64,000 nt of DNA from an uncultured bacterium. Lineage in GTDB: Bacteria; Patescibacteriota; Minisyncoccia; Phycocordibacterales; CAIJYI01. This document shows positions 41,133 through 51,887 of the stretch, piece by piece. The first letter of the stretch is position 1. Each line of letters opens with the position of its first letter. The DNA is taken from assembly GCA_903824855.1 (NCBI GenBank), contig CAIJYI010000043.1, positions 177 to 64,176 on the forward strand. Direction: 5' to 3'. The notes below the pieces were generated by a model, which worked only from the letters and a program-made list of their open reading frames with translations, made no database searches and was not told the origin of the DNA. The translations under genes and the position numbers were made by a program.

Positions 41133-41381
41133 ATGGAAAAGAAAATTCACAAAAAGCAATTGAAAGGAGTTGTCGTCTCCGATAAAATGCAAAAGACTGT
41201 TGTCGTCTTAGTAAATCGTTTTATCAAAGCTCCAAAATACGGCAAATACGTTCAAAAAAGCAAAAGATACAAAGCTCACGATGAAACAAACATCTATAAG
41301 ACGGGAGACAAAGTTGTCATCGAAGAAACCAATCCAATCTCTAAAGACAAAACCTTTAAAGTAGTCGGAAAACAGATGTAA
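41133..41381 (+). CDS. rpsQ: 30S ribosomal protein S17
   Basis: [17 protein letters not shown] and PISK. Confidence 0.97.
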   Translation: MEKKIHKKQLKGVVVSDKMQKTVVVLVNRFIKAPKYGKYVQKSKRYKAHDETNIYKTGDKVVIEETNPISKDKTFKVVGKQM

Positions 41382-41444
41382 ACGAGTATTGTTATATGGT
41401 ATACGGCATAAGTGATACTATTCCCATATACATACAATAAAAAT

Positions 41445-41816
41445 ATGATTCAACCACAAACAATAGTTAAAATAGTTGACAATACCGGAGGAAAAATCGG
41501 AAGAGTCTTCAAAGTACTCGGAGGTTCAAAGAAACGATACGCTGAAATAGGCGAACTCGTTGTTTTGGCTGTCCAAGTTGCTGAACCAAGAAAAGGAGTC
41601 AAACGTAAAGACGTTTTGCAGGCCGTTGTTGTTCGACAGACAAAACCACTTCGCAGAAAAGACGGATCGTATGTTCGTTTCGATGAGAATGCGGTTGTCA
41701 TTTTAGAAAAAGGGAAAAAGGAACCTAAAGGCGGTCGTGTTTTTGGTCCAATCCCACGCGAGATTGCTGATCTCGGATATCAGAAAATTGCTTCATTGGC
41801 ACCGGAAATCGTTTAA
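41445..41816 (+). CDS. rplN: 50S ribosomal protein L14
   Basis: MIQ, DNTG, RFDENA and FGPIPRE. Confidence 0.98.
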   Translation: MIQPQTIVKIVDNTGGKIGRVFKVLGGSKKRYAEIGELVVLAVQVAEPRKGVKRKDVLQAVVVRQTKPLRRKDGSYVRFDENAVVILEKGKKEPKGGRVFGPIPREIADLGYQKIASLAPEIV

Positions 41817-41830
41817 ATAACAATACATAT

Positions 41831-42136
41831 ATGAACGTAAAGAAAGACGACATGGTTATCGTGCTCACGGGCAAAGACAAAGGAAAGAAGGGGAAAGTTC
41901 TCCAAGTTTTTCGTGAGAATGACAGAGTTACCGTTGAAGGCGTTGCCATCAAGAAAAAAGCTCTTAAATCAAAAGCTAAAGGGAAACCGGGTCAGATTAT
42001 TGAGAAGGCTTCACCTATTCATGTTTCAAACGTATCATTACTTGACCCAAAAAGCGGAAAAGCAACTCGCGTTGGTTCAAAGATGGTAGGAGACAAGAAA
42101 ATCAGAATTAGTAAAAAGAGCGGAGTCGAAGTTTAA
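41831..42136 (+). CDS. rplX: 50S ribosomal protein L24
   Basis: GKDKGKKGKV and PIHVSNV. Confidence 0.97.
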   Translation: MNVKKDDMVIVLTGKDKGKKGKVLQVFRENDRVTVEGVAIKKKALKSKAKGKPGQIIEKASPIHVSNVSLLDPKSGKATRVGSKMVGDKKIRISKKSGVEV

Positions 42137-42200
42137 TTTAGTATAGTATCTGGTATTAAGTATGTAATTATACTACCTCCAGTTACGCCATAAAAATATC

Positions 42201-42749
42201 ATGGAAAATATTAAGACAAAAGAAAAGAAAGCATACGAAGCAATGAAGGCTGAGTTTGGATATAAAAACCCGATGCAAGCGCCTCGCCTCGTTAAGGTTG
42301 TTGTCAGTAGCGGAACGGGAAAATCAAAAGACCCAAAAAGAAATGACCTCGTCGTTGATCGCCTCACTAAAATCACCGGACAAAAACCGTCTTTGCGCGG
42401 AGCTAAAAAATCTATCGCATCATTTAAAGTAAGACAAGGAGATCCTGTCGGAGTTACGATTACTATGCGAAAAGGAAGAATGTACGGATTCTTGGATAAG
42501 CTCATCGATATCGCTATTCCCCGAATGAAAGACTTCCGCGGACTCGACGCAAAAGCTATCGACGAAATCGGAAACTACACCATGGGACTTCGCGAACACA
42601 CTATTTTCACAGAAGCTACCAATGAAGACTTGAAAGACGTTTTCGGACTTGCTATCACTGTCGTCACTACAGCAAAGAGCGCCAAAGAAGCAAAAGCATT
42701 CCTCGACGTCCTCGGATTTCCTTTCAAGAAACCTGAAGCTGCAAAATAA
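42201..42749 (+). CDS. rplE: 50S ribosomal protein L5
   Basis: ITGQKP, AKKSIASFKVR and PRMKDFRG. Confidence 0.98.
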   Translation: MENIKTKEKKAYEAMKAEFGYKNPMQAPRLVKVVVSSGTGKSKDPKRNDLVVDRLTKITGQKPSLRGAKKSIASFKVRQGDPVGVTITMRKGRMYGFLDKLIDIAIPRMKDFRGLDAKAIDEIGNYTMGLREHTIFTEATNEDLKDVFGLAITVVTTAKSAKEAKAFLDVLGFPFKKPEAAK

Positions 42750-42887
42750 TTTTAAAAATGAAAGACCACCCTCGGGTGGTTTTTCTTTTGTCATAAAAAC
42801 GTTTTTTTGTTTGTATGATAAGATTGTATAAGGTATTATTAAAACAAGTCATTATTCAATTAATTATTAATCGATATAAAAATATTT

Positions 42888-43703
42888 ATGGACGAATTAT
42901 TTAAAAATAAAAAAGTAGTACAAGTTGTTATGGTGCTGTTGTTGTCATTATCGGTATATCTTATCGGTCTTGCCGTGAATAATATTAAGACAAACACTTT
43001 TATTGGGCGAGATATTCCTGCACTCACGACTATCAATGTGACGGGGGAAGGAGAGGTCTTTCAAAAACCTGACGTTGCTGAGCTTTCATTTACAGTAAGC
43101 CAGGATTCCAAAACAGTGTCAGAGGCTCAATCAATCTCCACGGAAAAAATCAATAAAATTACCTCATACCTCAAAGATACGATGAAAATTGCGGATAAAG
43201 ATATCAAAACCGAGGATTACAGTGTTTATCCAAAATACGAATACCAGAAAGCCGTTGCGTGTTTGAATTTAAATATGAACGGATTTTGCCCTGACGGGAA
43301 ACAAATTCTTGTCGGATATACGGTCAGTCAGACAACTTCTGTGAAGATTCGCAAGATTGATGATGCCGGTACTATTCTCACCGCTATCGGAGATAAGGGG
43401 GCGACGACGGTGAGCGGACTCAGCTTTACCGTTGATGCGAAAAAAGATTTTGAAGCAAAAGCCCGCGACTTGGCAATAAAAGAAGCGCAAACAAAAGCTG
43501 AAACCTTGGCAAAAAGTTTAGGGGTTTCTCTTACACGCATCACGAATTTTTCAGAAGGCGGAAATTCACCGGTGTACGGTTATGGTGGCGGCGTAATGAT
43601 GAAAACAGCTTCACCGATGATGGATTCTGCACAAGCTCCGACGATTTCAGCAGGTGAAAATAAATTCACCTCGAATGTAAACATCACCTACGAGATACAG
43701 TAA
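42888..43703 (+). CDS. SIMPL (DUF541) domain protein
   Basis: INVTGEGEV...PD, AIKEAQTKAETLA and an N-terminal transmembrane segment. Confidence 0.88.
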   Translation: MDELFKNKKVVQVVMVLLLSLSVYLIGLAVNNIKTNTFIGRDIPALTTINVTGEGEVFQKPDVAELSFTVSQDSKTVSEAQSISTEKINKITSYLKDTMKIADKDIKTEDYSVYPKYEYQKAVACLNLNMNGFCPDGKQILVGYTVSQTTSVKIRKIDDAGTILTAIGDKGATTVSGLSFTVDAKKDFEAKARDLAIKEAQTKAETLAKSLGVSLTRITNFSEGGNSPVYGYGGGVMMKTASPMMDSAQAPTISAGENKFTSNVNITYEIQ

Positions 43704-43873
43704 AGATGAGGTTATAACGGTTAGCTTTTTTAAGGAACAGGCGACAAAATAAAACGTTCTGGATGGGGTCAGATGAGCCTGTCCAGAACGTTTTTTCTGA
43801 ACTAATCGGGTTTGATATCAAAGGACTTTTGAGGTAAACTATTTCTACTTATAAGTAATCTGCAATTTATACT

Positions 43874-44182
43874 ATGAATACAAAAACAAAAATTATTCCG
43901 CTTGCCGATCGTGTATTGGTCAAGCCGGGAAATCCAAAAGATTCCATGAAAACAAAATCAGGGATTATTATTCCGGATACTGCAAGCAAGGACATACCTG
44001 AAATGGGTGAGGTTCTCGCCGTCGGAGAAGGAAAAATGCTTGATAACGGAGAGATTATTCCCGTCAAAGTGAAAGTGGGTGACCTCGTTCTTTTTTCAAA
44101 ATACGGACCGGATGAAGTGAAAATTGATGATGAAAAATATTTTATTATCAGAGAAGAGGCAATATTGGCAGTAGTGAAATAA
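43874..44182 (+). CDS. groES: Co-chaperonin GroES
   Basis: PLADRVLV, SGIIIPD and VKVGDLVLFSKY. Confidence 0.98.
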   Translation: MNTKTKIIPLADRVLVKPGNPKDSMKTKSGIIIPDTASKDIPEMGEVLAVGEGKMLDNGEIIPVKVKVGDLVLFSKYGPDEVKIDDEKYFIIREEAILAVVK

Positions 44183-44216
44183 TATCCAATCGCAAATTTA
44201 TCAGTAATTATACAAA

Positions 44217-44320
44217 TAAGGTTTTAGGGATTAGGTTATAGGTTTTAGACGAAACGATTCTTGTTTTCTAAATCCTAACACCTAACCCCTAACCCCTAAT
44301 CCCTAAAACCTAAAACCTAA
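44217..44320. repeat. Heptamer-periodic hairpin at the groES/groEL junction
   Basis: TAGGGAT TAGGTTA TAGGTTT TAGACGAAACG followed by CTAAATC CTAACAC CTAACCC CTAACCC CTAATCC CTAAAAC CTAAAAC. Confidence 0.85.
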
Positions 44321-44325
44321 TCAAT

Positions 44326-45975
44326 ATGTCAAAACAAATTATTTATGATGAGAAAGCGAGAGCGCTATTAAAAACTGGCGTAGACAAAGTTGCCGACGCA
44401 GTGAAGGTAACACTCGGACCCCGCGGAAAGAATGTTATTTTGGATAGAACTTACGGCGCTCCGATGATTACTAATGATGGCGTAACTATCGCAAAAGAAA
44501 TTACTCTCTCCGACAAAGTTGAGAATATGGGAGCGGAAATGGTGAAAGAAGTTGCATCAAAAACAAATGAACTTGCAGGAGACGGTACCACAACCGCGGT
44601 TGTACTCACACAAGCGTTGGTCACGGAAGGAATGAAGAAAACTACCATGGGTGTAAATGCTATGGGTGTTCGTCTTGGAATTGAAGCAGCAGCCGCAGCT
44701 ATCGTTGAGGCACTCAAAAGTGCAGCGAAACCGATTAAAAATCATTCAGAAATTAAACAAGTTGCAACCATCTCCGCTGAGTCTGAAGAAATTGGTACTA
44801 TTATTGCTGATACTATTGATAAGGTGGGAAAAGACGGCGTTGTTACGGTAGAGGAGTCTCAGACTGTCGGTATTGAATCGGAAGTAGTGAAAGGTTTGCA
44901 GTTTGATAAGGGGTACGTTTCTCCTTATATGATTACGAATCCCGAGCGAATGGAAGCAGACTATTCTGACGTTGCTTTGCTGATTACCGACAAGAAAATT
45001 TCTTCTATAAAAGAGATACTTCCTCTTCTTGAAAAACTTGCACAGACGGGGAAGAAAGATTTGGTGATTGTTGCCGATGATGTTGATGGGGAAGCGTTGA
45101 CGACTTTTATTTTAAATAAACTTCGGGGAACATTTAATATCCTTGCCGTGAAGGCTCCCGGTTTTGGCGATCGTAAAAAAGAAATGCTCGCCGATCTTGC
45201 TGTTTTAACAGGAGGAAAAGTCGTAACGGACGATGTTGGACTCAAGCTGGAAACTGCTGAACTCGATGTTCTTGGACACGCAGGAAAAGTTATCGCCACA
45301 AAAGATGCGACCACCATTGTCGGAGGAAAGGGAAAGAAAGCCGATATTGATTCACGTGTTGCTCAGATTAGAAAACAAGTTGAGATGACCGATTCTAAGT
45401 ATGACAAAGAGAAAATGATTGAAAGATTAGCGAAACTTTCGGGCGGTGTTGCTGTCATTAAAGTCGGAGCCGCGACGGAAACCGAAATGAAATATTTGAA
45501 ATTAAAAATCGAAGACGCAGTAAATGCTACCAAAGCAGCAATCGATGAAGGAGTCGTTCCCGGAGGTGGAGTCGCGCTGGTGAAGGCCGCAGCAAAAGTT
45601 GCCTCAAAGGAAGTAAAAGCACCGCTTAAAAACTTTGAAGCTGAATATAAAGTTGGATGGGATATCGTTCTACGTGCAGTAGAAGCGCCACTTCGCCAGA
45701 TTGCTATTAACGCCGGAAAAGACGGATCGGTTATCGTAGAGAAAGTCCGTAACGCAAAAGGAAACGGTGGATACGACGCGAAGCAAGATGAAATGATTGC
45801 CGATATGCTCATCGCAGGAATTATCGACCCGGTGAAAGTGACTCGAAGTGGACTCCAAAATGCAGCATCTGCCGCCGCAATTCTTCTCACTACGGAAGTC
45901 GCTATCGTAGACGAACCAAAAGAAGAAAAGGAAATGCCGCAAATGGGAGGAGGAATGCCGGGAATGGGGTATTAG
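44326..45975 (+). CDS. groEL: Chaperonin GroEL
   Basis: TLGPRG, AGDGTTTA and a GGM tail. Confidence 0.99.
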   Translation: MSKQIIYDEKARALLKTGVDKVADAVKVTLGPRGKNVILDRTYGAPMITNDGVTIAKEITLSDKVENMGAEMVKEVASKTNELAGDGTTTAVVLTQALVTEGMKKTTMGVNAMGVRLGIEAAAAAIVEALKSAAKPIKNHSEIKQVATISAESEEIGTIIADTIDKVGKDGVVTVEESQTVGIESEVVKGLQFDKGYVSPYMITNPERMEADYSDVALLITDKKISSIKEILPLLEKLAQTGKKDLVIVADDVDGEALTTFILNKLRGTFNILAVKAPGFGDRKKEMLADLAVLTGGKVVTDDVGLKLETAELDVLGHAGKVIATKDATTIVGGKGKKADIDSRVAQIRKQVEMTDSKYDKEKMIERLAKLSGGVAVIKVGAATETEMKYLKLKIEDAVNATKAAIDEGVVPGGGVALVKAAAKVASKEVKAPLKNFEAEYKVGWDIVLRAVEAPLRQIAINAGKDGSVIVEKVRNAKGNGGYDAKQDEMIADMLIAGIIDPVKVTRSGLQNAASAAAILLTTEVAIVDEPKEEKEMPQMGGGMPGMGY

Positions 45976-46135
45976 ACGAAAAGGAGAGAAAATCGAAAAT
46001 ATCACTTGGGTTCATCGCTCAAGTGGTATTTTGTTTCTGTCTTGCCATTTTATATATAATGTGATATTAAGAGGATAGGGTATCGGGCTTTGTTCGATAT
46101 AGTACGGTCATTTTTGCCAAAGAAAGGAGAACAAA

Positions 46136-46273
46136 ATGAGTGATTTTGATGATAGAATAAAAAAAGTGAAAGAACCTGCGAGCTGGAGAATATACGCCAT
46201 TGTTTTTGGCCTCTGTGTTTTTGCCCCAATTATTTTTGGAATCCTAGGGAAAATTCTCGGATTCGGTCAATAG
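46136..46273 (+). CDS. Small single-pass membrane protein, 45 aa (MSDFDDRIKKVKEPASWRIYAIVFG...), not in the ORF track
   Basis: AAAGGAG SD, an upstream TTGCCA promoter-like element and terminator AATCGCCATGG/CCTTGGCGATT. Confidence 0.65.
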   Translation: MSDFDDRIKKVKEPASWRIYAIVFGLCVFAPIIFGILGKILGFGQ

Positions 46274-46451
46274 TTTAAATAATCGCCATGGCAACGCCTT
46301 GGCGATTTTTACTATTAAATTGAGTTTTTTATACGGCGAATTTAATATCTGATAATCAATAGAAATGAATTTCGTTGAGTTTTCCTTTGTGGAAATAATT
46401 TCTCTTTAGTATAATTATAGAAACACTTTACAAACTAACTCATTTTTTTCT

Positions 46452-47426
46452 ATGTCTCCCGACACCTCTCATAAAATAAAAAAAGTATTCATAATCGGAT
46501 TTCTCGTCATCCTCTGTATTTCTTTTTTACTTTCGGTAATTATTTTTACCACACCTATTTGGTCATCACATGAAGCCAACAACAGTAAGGGGTCGTCACT
46601 GTCCCTGCCTTCCTATCCAAACGCTTATCCATTAGAATCAGCAAACTCTCCTTCTTTTTCGTCAGGACTTTCCACTACGGATTCATCTGCGGGGATTTCA
46701 GAAACTTCTATCGTTGAGAGAAAATTAACACAGGACGGGAATCTTTCGCTTATTGTTTCCAATACTGAAAATGCTATTGATTCAATTTCGTTAATCGCCA
46801 CACAAGAGGGTGGTCGGGTTGATTCTATAAATTATCAGAATGCCGAGAAGAGCGAGAAGATTAATGCCACCATTATTTTCCGCGTTCCTACTGCAAATTT
46901 TTCGAAGGCGATGAGTGAGACGAAGGCTCTGTCGCTAAAAGTGGTATCCGAAAGTGTCGCCACGAGAGACGTGACGGAACAATTTGTTGACATGCAGGCG
47001 CGCTTGAAAACCCTAAAGGTAACAGAGGCGCAGTATCAGGATATAATGCAAAAAGCCGTAAAGATAGACGATGTTCTTAATGTCTCAAAATATTTGGCGG
47101 ATGTGCGAATTCAGATTGAACAAATTCAGGGGCAGATGAACTATTTATCACGACAAGTTGATATGTCCACTATTACGGTTATGGTTTCTGCTGATCCTGC
47201 AATTAATCCTTCAAACGTTATTTGGAATCCATTGACGACGGCTAATGATGCAATGAAATCCTTCGTTGAAACTTTCTATGCAATTATTAACTTCATCATA
47301 AAAATACTCCTCTATTATTTGCCATTGGCAATTCTTCTCTCGATAATAGCCGTCATTTGTTTCTTTTTCTATCGTAAGGTATTGAAACCACTATACGAAG
47401 GAGGAAGGGACATATTGCATTTTTAA
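46452..47426 (+). CDS. DUF4349-like membrane-anchored protein
   Basis: RVP, DVTEQFVD, RIQIEQIQGQMNYL...VDMSTI and a C-terminal transmembrane segment. Confidence 0.8.
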   Translation: MSPDTSHKIKKVFIIGFLVILCISFLLSVIIFTTPIWSSHEANNSKGSSLSLPSYPNAYPLESANSPSFSSGLSTTDSSAGISETSIVERKLTQDGNLSLIVSNTENAIDSISLIATQEGGRVDSINYQNAEKSEKINATIIFRVPTANFSKAMSETKALSLKVVSESVATRDVTEQFVDMQARLKTLKVTEAQYQDIMQKAVKIDDVLNVSKYLADVRIQIEQIQGQMNYLSRQVDMSTITVMVSADPAINPSNVIWNPLTTANDAMKSFVETFYAIINFIIKILLYYLPLAILLSIIAVICFFFYRKVLKPLYEGGRDILHF

Positions 47427-47485
47427 TTCATATATAGCTGTGTTATAATAGTCGTGTAATCTTAAAAGATAATTACTTTATTTCT

Positions 47486-48049
47486 ATGAACCCACTTTGG
47501 ATATTTATCGGTGTTATTGCCGTTGTCGCACTTGTCGTGCTTGTAATGTACAACAAATTTGTCACTCTTTCTGTAAATGCAAAAGAGGCTTGGGCGGATA
47601 TCGACGTTCAATTAAAAAGGAGGTACGATCTTATCCCGAACCTGGTAAATACCGTAAAAGGTTACGCGACACATGAGAGTGCCACATTCGAAAAAATTAC
47701 CGAGGCGAGAAGCAAAGCCATGCAAGCCGAAACTCCTGCAGAAAAAGGAGCTGCGGAAAACATGCTATCGGGAACTCTCAAAAGCCTTTTTGCCATCTCA
47801 GAAGCTTATCCTGAATTAAAAGCAAATCAAAACTTTCTCTCGCTGCAAACCGAACTTTCCGATACAGAAAACAAAATCCAAGCCGCAAGAAGATTCTATA
47901 ACGGAAATGTGCGAGACCTTAACACGGCCTTACAAATGTTTCCGGGAAATATTATTGCGGGAATGTTCGGAAAATTCACTAAAATGGAATTTTTTGAACT
48001 CGGTGAAGGGGAACAAGCTGCAAAACAACCGGTAGAAGTAAAATTTTAA
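47486..48049 (+). CDS. lemA: LemA family protein
   Basis: WADIDVQLKRRYDLIPNLV and EAYPELKANQNF. Confidence 0.96.
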   Translation: MNPLWIFIGVIAVVALVVLVMYNKFVTLSVNAKEAWADIDVQLKRRYDLIPNLVNTVKGYATHESATFEKITEARSKAMQAETPAEKGAAENMLSGTLKSLFAISEAYPELKANQNFLSLQTELSDTENKIQAARRFYNGNVRDLNTALQMFPGNIIAGMFGKFTKMEFFELGEGEQAAKQPVEVKF

Positions 48050-48090
48050 AAAAAAGAAATCTTAAATTATTCCGTTCTTTATAAAAAAAT

Positions 48091-48948
48091 ATGGATACGC
48101 AACAAACAAACCATCCCGAAAAACCAATTGGTGTTTTTCGTCGAAGTGTAACTTTTGCGAAAAAGAGTATTTCACTCCTCGTTCAAGACTATCGAGTGAT
48201 GTATATTCCTCTTTTGTTTGGGATTATTACTTCGCTTTTTATGGCGGGTTTCTTGTTGTTCTATATTTTTTCCAACATTAATAATGGAAAAATATCATCC
48301 GGGACCATCCTTTTTGTTTGGTTCATGGTGGTTTTCTTTTCGACATCAGCGAGGATTGCCGTCACTCTGTCACTCAGGCCTCGCCTCCTCGGTAGTTCTA
48401 TCTCTTTGAAAGAGTCTTTTATAAAAATGATGAAAAAGACGGATTTTATTTTCGGATGGTCTTTTGTTTCATCGGCAGTCGGGATGCTTTTGGTTGCGTT
48501 TCCTTTTGATAGCTATTCTCTTTTTACCTCTATGATCCTTTCCGTTTATTGGATGTTTGGGACATATTTTATTATCCCTTCAATCGTTGAAGAGGAAATC
48601 TCACTTGCTTCCGCTTTTTCAAATTCAGTGGAAGCGCTAAAAAGATCGTGGAAAGAAATAATCGTTGTCAACTTCGCATTCAGATTGATAGTAGTTCCTG
48701 TTTTCCTTTTGTTTTTGTATCTCATTGCGGTTTTATTTTATTCTCTTCCTGCAGCCCCTCTTGCTCTCGAGATACTTATCTTTATCATCACAGTAGTAAT
48801 ACTTCTTTTGATGGTCACGCTCATGGTCTTTTCAATGCTTTTTCGTACATCGCTCGATTTGGTTCTTTATACTTTGAATCGTAAAGAAGAAGGCGGTCAT
48901 ATCGCAGAAATAATTCTCAAAAAACCGCGTAAAACAAAACTTCTATAA
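48091..48948 (+). CDS. Hypothetical polytopic membrane protein
   Basis: About six hydrophobic segments. Confidence 0.7.
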   Translation: MDTQQTNHPEKPIGVFRRSVTFAKKSISLLVQDYRVMYIPLLFGIITSLFMAGFLLFYIFSNINNGKISSGTILFVWFMVVFFSTSARIAVTLSLRPRLLGSSISLKESFIKMMKKTDFIFGWSFVSSAVGMLLVAFPFDSYSLFTSMILSVYWMFGTYFIIPSIVEEEISLASAFSNSVEALKRSWKEIIVVNFAFRLIVVPVFLLFLYLIAVLFYSLPAAPLALEILIFIITVVILLLMVTLMVFSMLFRTSLDLVLYTLNRKEEGGHIAEIILKKPRKTKLL

Positions 48949-49029
48949 TTTAACTATTAATGAGTGTGTTTCAAGGAAGGGAATCAGAGGACTCTGTACT
49001 TCTTTTTGTAACTTTGTATAATAGATTCT

Positions 49030-49923
49030 ATGGCTACTTTATATACTCTTCAAAACGTTAATACGAGGAAAACGTGGTTTCTAATGACTACATTTTTTAT
49101 AGTTATTATACTTCTCGGATGGGCGGTGAGTCTTTATTTTCAAAATCCTGGGATCCTCTATATCTTCTTTTTTTTCAGTATGATTATGAACATCGGAAGC
49201 TATTGGTTCTCCGATAAAATCGTTCTCTCAATGTCCGGCGCGCACGAGATCTCACATGACACTCATCATGATCTATGGAATGTTGTAGAAAATCTTTGTA
49301 TCACCGCGGGTCTTCCGATGCCGAAGGTATATGTTATGGACGATCCCGCACCGAATGCTTTTGCAACAGGTCGCGATAAAAATCATTCTGCCGTAGCCGT
49401 CACAACCGGTTTGCTTGCGATGATGAATCGGAATGAGCTTGAAGGAGTTATTTCTCACGAACTTTCTCATATCGGAAATAAAGATATTCTCCTCCAAACA
49501 GTGGTAGTTGTTTTAGTTGGTTTTATTACACTTCTGGCGGACTTCTTCATTCGTTCAACTTTCTGGAGCGGGGGCAGAGATAATGATGATAGAGGAGGTA
49601 CTATTGCTCTTATTATCGGTATTGTACTTTCCATTCTTGCTCCGTTATTTGCCCAGCTTATCCAGCTTGCCATTTCGCGAAAAAGAGAATTTCTCGCAGA
49701 TGCTTCAGGCGCGCTTCTTACCCGTTATCCGGAAGGGCTCGCTACCGCCTTAGAAAAAATATCAAGTTATCAGGGAGGAATGAAAACGGCCAATCGTGCT
49801 ACGGCACATCTTTTTATCGCAAATCCTTTTGGTCCCGCAGGTTTTAAAGGAAAGGCCTCCACACTTTTTATGACCCATCCGCCGGTTGAACAAAGAGTCA
49901 AGGCTCTTCGTGGTATGGCATAG
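49030..49923 (+). CDS. htpX: HtpX-like M48 zinc metalloprotease
   Basis: PNAFATG, HELSH, SRKREFLAD and THPP. Confidence 0.95.
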   Translation: MATLYTLQNVNTRKTWFLMTTFFIVIILLGWAVSLYFQNPGILYIFFFFSMIMNIGSYWFSDKIVLSMSGAHEISHDTHHDLWNVVENLCITAGLPMPKVYVMDDPAPNAFATGRDKNHSAVAVTTGLLAMMNRNELEGVISHELSHIGNKDILLQTVVVVLVGFITLLADFFIRSTFWSGGRDNDDRGGTIALIIGIVLSILAPLFAQLIQLAISRKREFLADASGALLTRYPEGLATALEKISSYQGGMKTANRATAHLFIANPFGPAGFKGKASTLFMTHPPVEQRVKALRGMA

Positions 49924-50010
49924 AATACCGAGTTTTCTCACCTCTAAACTTTTTCATTTGTTATGCACAAGATTTATTGTGCGAGCTTCTTTATCGCGAT
50001 ATAATATACA

Positions 50011-50589
50011 ATGATGCCAAGAAATAAAAAAAGAGGATTTACTTTGCTCGAAATGATCGTCACTCTTTCTGTCTTCATGATTATGACGACGATAATGATA
50101 TCGAGCAACCGCAACACGACAAAGACTGTTGTTTTGAATACCCTCGCGAATCAGGTGATTTCGGTGATACGCCAATCGGAATCCTACGCCCTTACCAAGC
50201 CCGCTTTATCCATAGGGAATTATCCGCCCTACGGAGTTTATTTTAGTACGGGATCCCCTAGCTCTTTTATTCTTTTTAAGGATACTAATAAAGACCACTT
50301 ATACACAGAGGGAGAGAGTCTCCAAAATCTTACTTTTCAACCCGGTTTTACCATTGCGAAACTCTGCGTAAACATGAAGAAGAATAATAAGACTCCCACA
50401 ACATGCACAAGTGTTACTAACATTGATGTTTCCTTCACACGGCCTTATCCGGAGCCGACTATTACCACCACAACATCTACCGTGGGTGAAATTCCTTTTA
50501 CTGACGTAGAGATAATTCTTTCATCGGGTGCGGGTAATATTCAAAAAACAATTGTTGTCTGGGTTACGGGGCAACTGGCTATTGAATAA
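50011..50589 (+). CDS. Type IV minor pilin (FimT/FimU-like)
   Basis: KKRG-FTLLE class III signal and a Cys pair. Confidence 0.85.
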   Translation: MMPRNKKRGFTLLEMIVTLSVFMIMTTIMISSNRNTTKTVVLNTLANQVISVIRQSESYALTKPALSIGNYPPYGVYFSTGSPSSFILFKDTNKDHLYTEGESLQNLTFQPGFTIAKLCVNMKKNNKTPTTCTSVTNIDVSFTRPYPEPTITTTTSTVGEIPFTDVEIILSSGAGNIQKTIVVWVTGQLAIE

Positions 50590-50610
50590 ATTATGTTTTA
50601 AAAATTGAGA

Positions 50611-51267
50611 ATGAAAGGCGATAAAAAAATGCATCAGCTTAAAAATAATAGAAAAATATTAAATAAAGGATTCACTCTTGTTGAATTGCTTGTTTCCATT
50701 GCTATTTTCAGTATGGTATTTGTCTCAGCGAGTGGTGCTTTCGTATCGGTTCTTGATGCCTATCAAAAAATTACTAAAACGCGCGTGAGTGTTGATAATC
50801 TCACGAATGCGCTTGAAAGTTTGGTGAGAGAAGCAAAGACCGGAACAAACTATCACTGCGGGTCAACCCTTCCTCTAACCACACCATTGGATTGCGCTAG
50901 TGGTGATACTTATTTTGCTTTTGTTAATACCAATGTTCCGAGAATTTTGAGCGGAGGTTCTCAAACGCCTTCTATCGTTTATAAATTTGTTGCTTGCCCG
51001 AGTGCCTTCCCTTATTGCGGAAGAATACAGCGATCTGATGATGGCGGGGTTAATTTTTTTCCCGTGACGGTTGCACCGCCTGACCTTATGATTACTGACC
51101 TTAAATTTATCGCCATAGGATCGACTCCTTTTTCAGATGCAACTTTGAATGTTGTTCAGCCACAGGTCACGATAGTTATAAGAGGATACGTTACTTTGAA
51201 AGGCGGTGTTACTGCTCCTTTTAGTGTACAAACGATGGCAAGTCAACGTAATCTTGATATCCTGTAA
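50611..51267 (+). CDS. Type IV minor pilin (PilW-like)
   Basis: KG-FTLVE class III signal and Cys pairs. Confidence 0.85.
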   Translation: MKGDKKMHQLKNNRKILNKGFTLVELLVSIAIFSMVFVSASGAFVSVLDAYQKITKTRVSVDNLTNALESLVREAKTGTNYHCGSTLPLTTPLDCASGDTYFAFVNTNVPRILSGGSQTPSIVYKFVACPSAFPYCGRIQRSDDGGVNFFPVTVAPPDLMITDLKFIAIGSTPFSDATLNVVQPQVTIVIRGYVTLKGGVTAPFSVQTMASQRNLDIL

Positions 51268-51271
51268 AAAA

Positions 51272-51871
51272 ATGAAAAAAAACATACCTATAAAAAATAA
51301 GGACGGTCTTTCCATAAAACGGGGAATTGCTTTTGGTGTAGGGGGTTTCGTTATCGTCGAAACGCTTGTTGCGGTCGCTCTGGTTTTGCTGGCTATTCCT
51401 GACGCTCTGCAGATGTCAACCAAAGGTATTTATCTTTCAACCTATTCGAAGAACCAAATGATTGCTACCTATCTCGCGCAGGAAGGGATTGAATATATCC
51501 GAGCCAGAAGAGATTATAATAGAATGCTTGTCTTAAAAGATGGTGTTGGTGCCGCCAATTGGGACGATGGATTTTCCGGCATGGCCGACGCAGTTCGTAT
51601 TGATCCGTCCCTTCCTTCTCCTATCGTCAATTGTTCGGGCTGTAATATCTATAGCAATCCGCCGAATGCGAGCTATCATCTTTATATAAGCTCAAATGGA
51701 TTTTACTCGCATACTTCAGCAGGAAATACCGCGACTCCATTTTATCGAGGTGTTTTTGTGGTGCCTTCCGGAACTAGCGAATATGTTATTACCTCTGTAG
51801 TTCGTTGGAATGCCGGTTTTGTCAGTAAAACAACTACCTTGAACGGTTATATTTCCAACTGGTATAAATAA
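51272..51871 (+). CDS. Type IV minor pilin (PilV-like)
   Basis: GG-FVIVE and ATYLAQEGIEYIR. Confidence 0.75.
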   Translation: MKKNIPIKNKDGLSIKRGIAFGVGGFVIVETLVAVALVLLAIPDALQMSTKGIYLSTYSKNQMIATYLAQEGIEYIRARRDYNRMLVLKDGVGAANWDDGFSGMADAVRIDPSLPSPIVNCSGCNIYSNPPNASYHLYISSNGFYSHTSAGNTATPFYRGVFVVPSGTSEYVITSVVRWNAGFVSKTTTLNGYISNWYK

Positions 51872-51887
51872 ACAGAAAAAAACTTAT

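Noticed and set aside
43704-43873. CIRCE operator upstream of groES
   Set aside because: No TTAGCACTC-N9-GAGTGCTAA is present. The long hairpin at 43751-43796 is best read as the upstream terminator.
44217-44320. CRISPR array or true telomeric repeat
   Set aside because: The units are degenerate 7-mers arranged as an inverted pair without unique spacers, inside an operon, and there are no cas genes.
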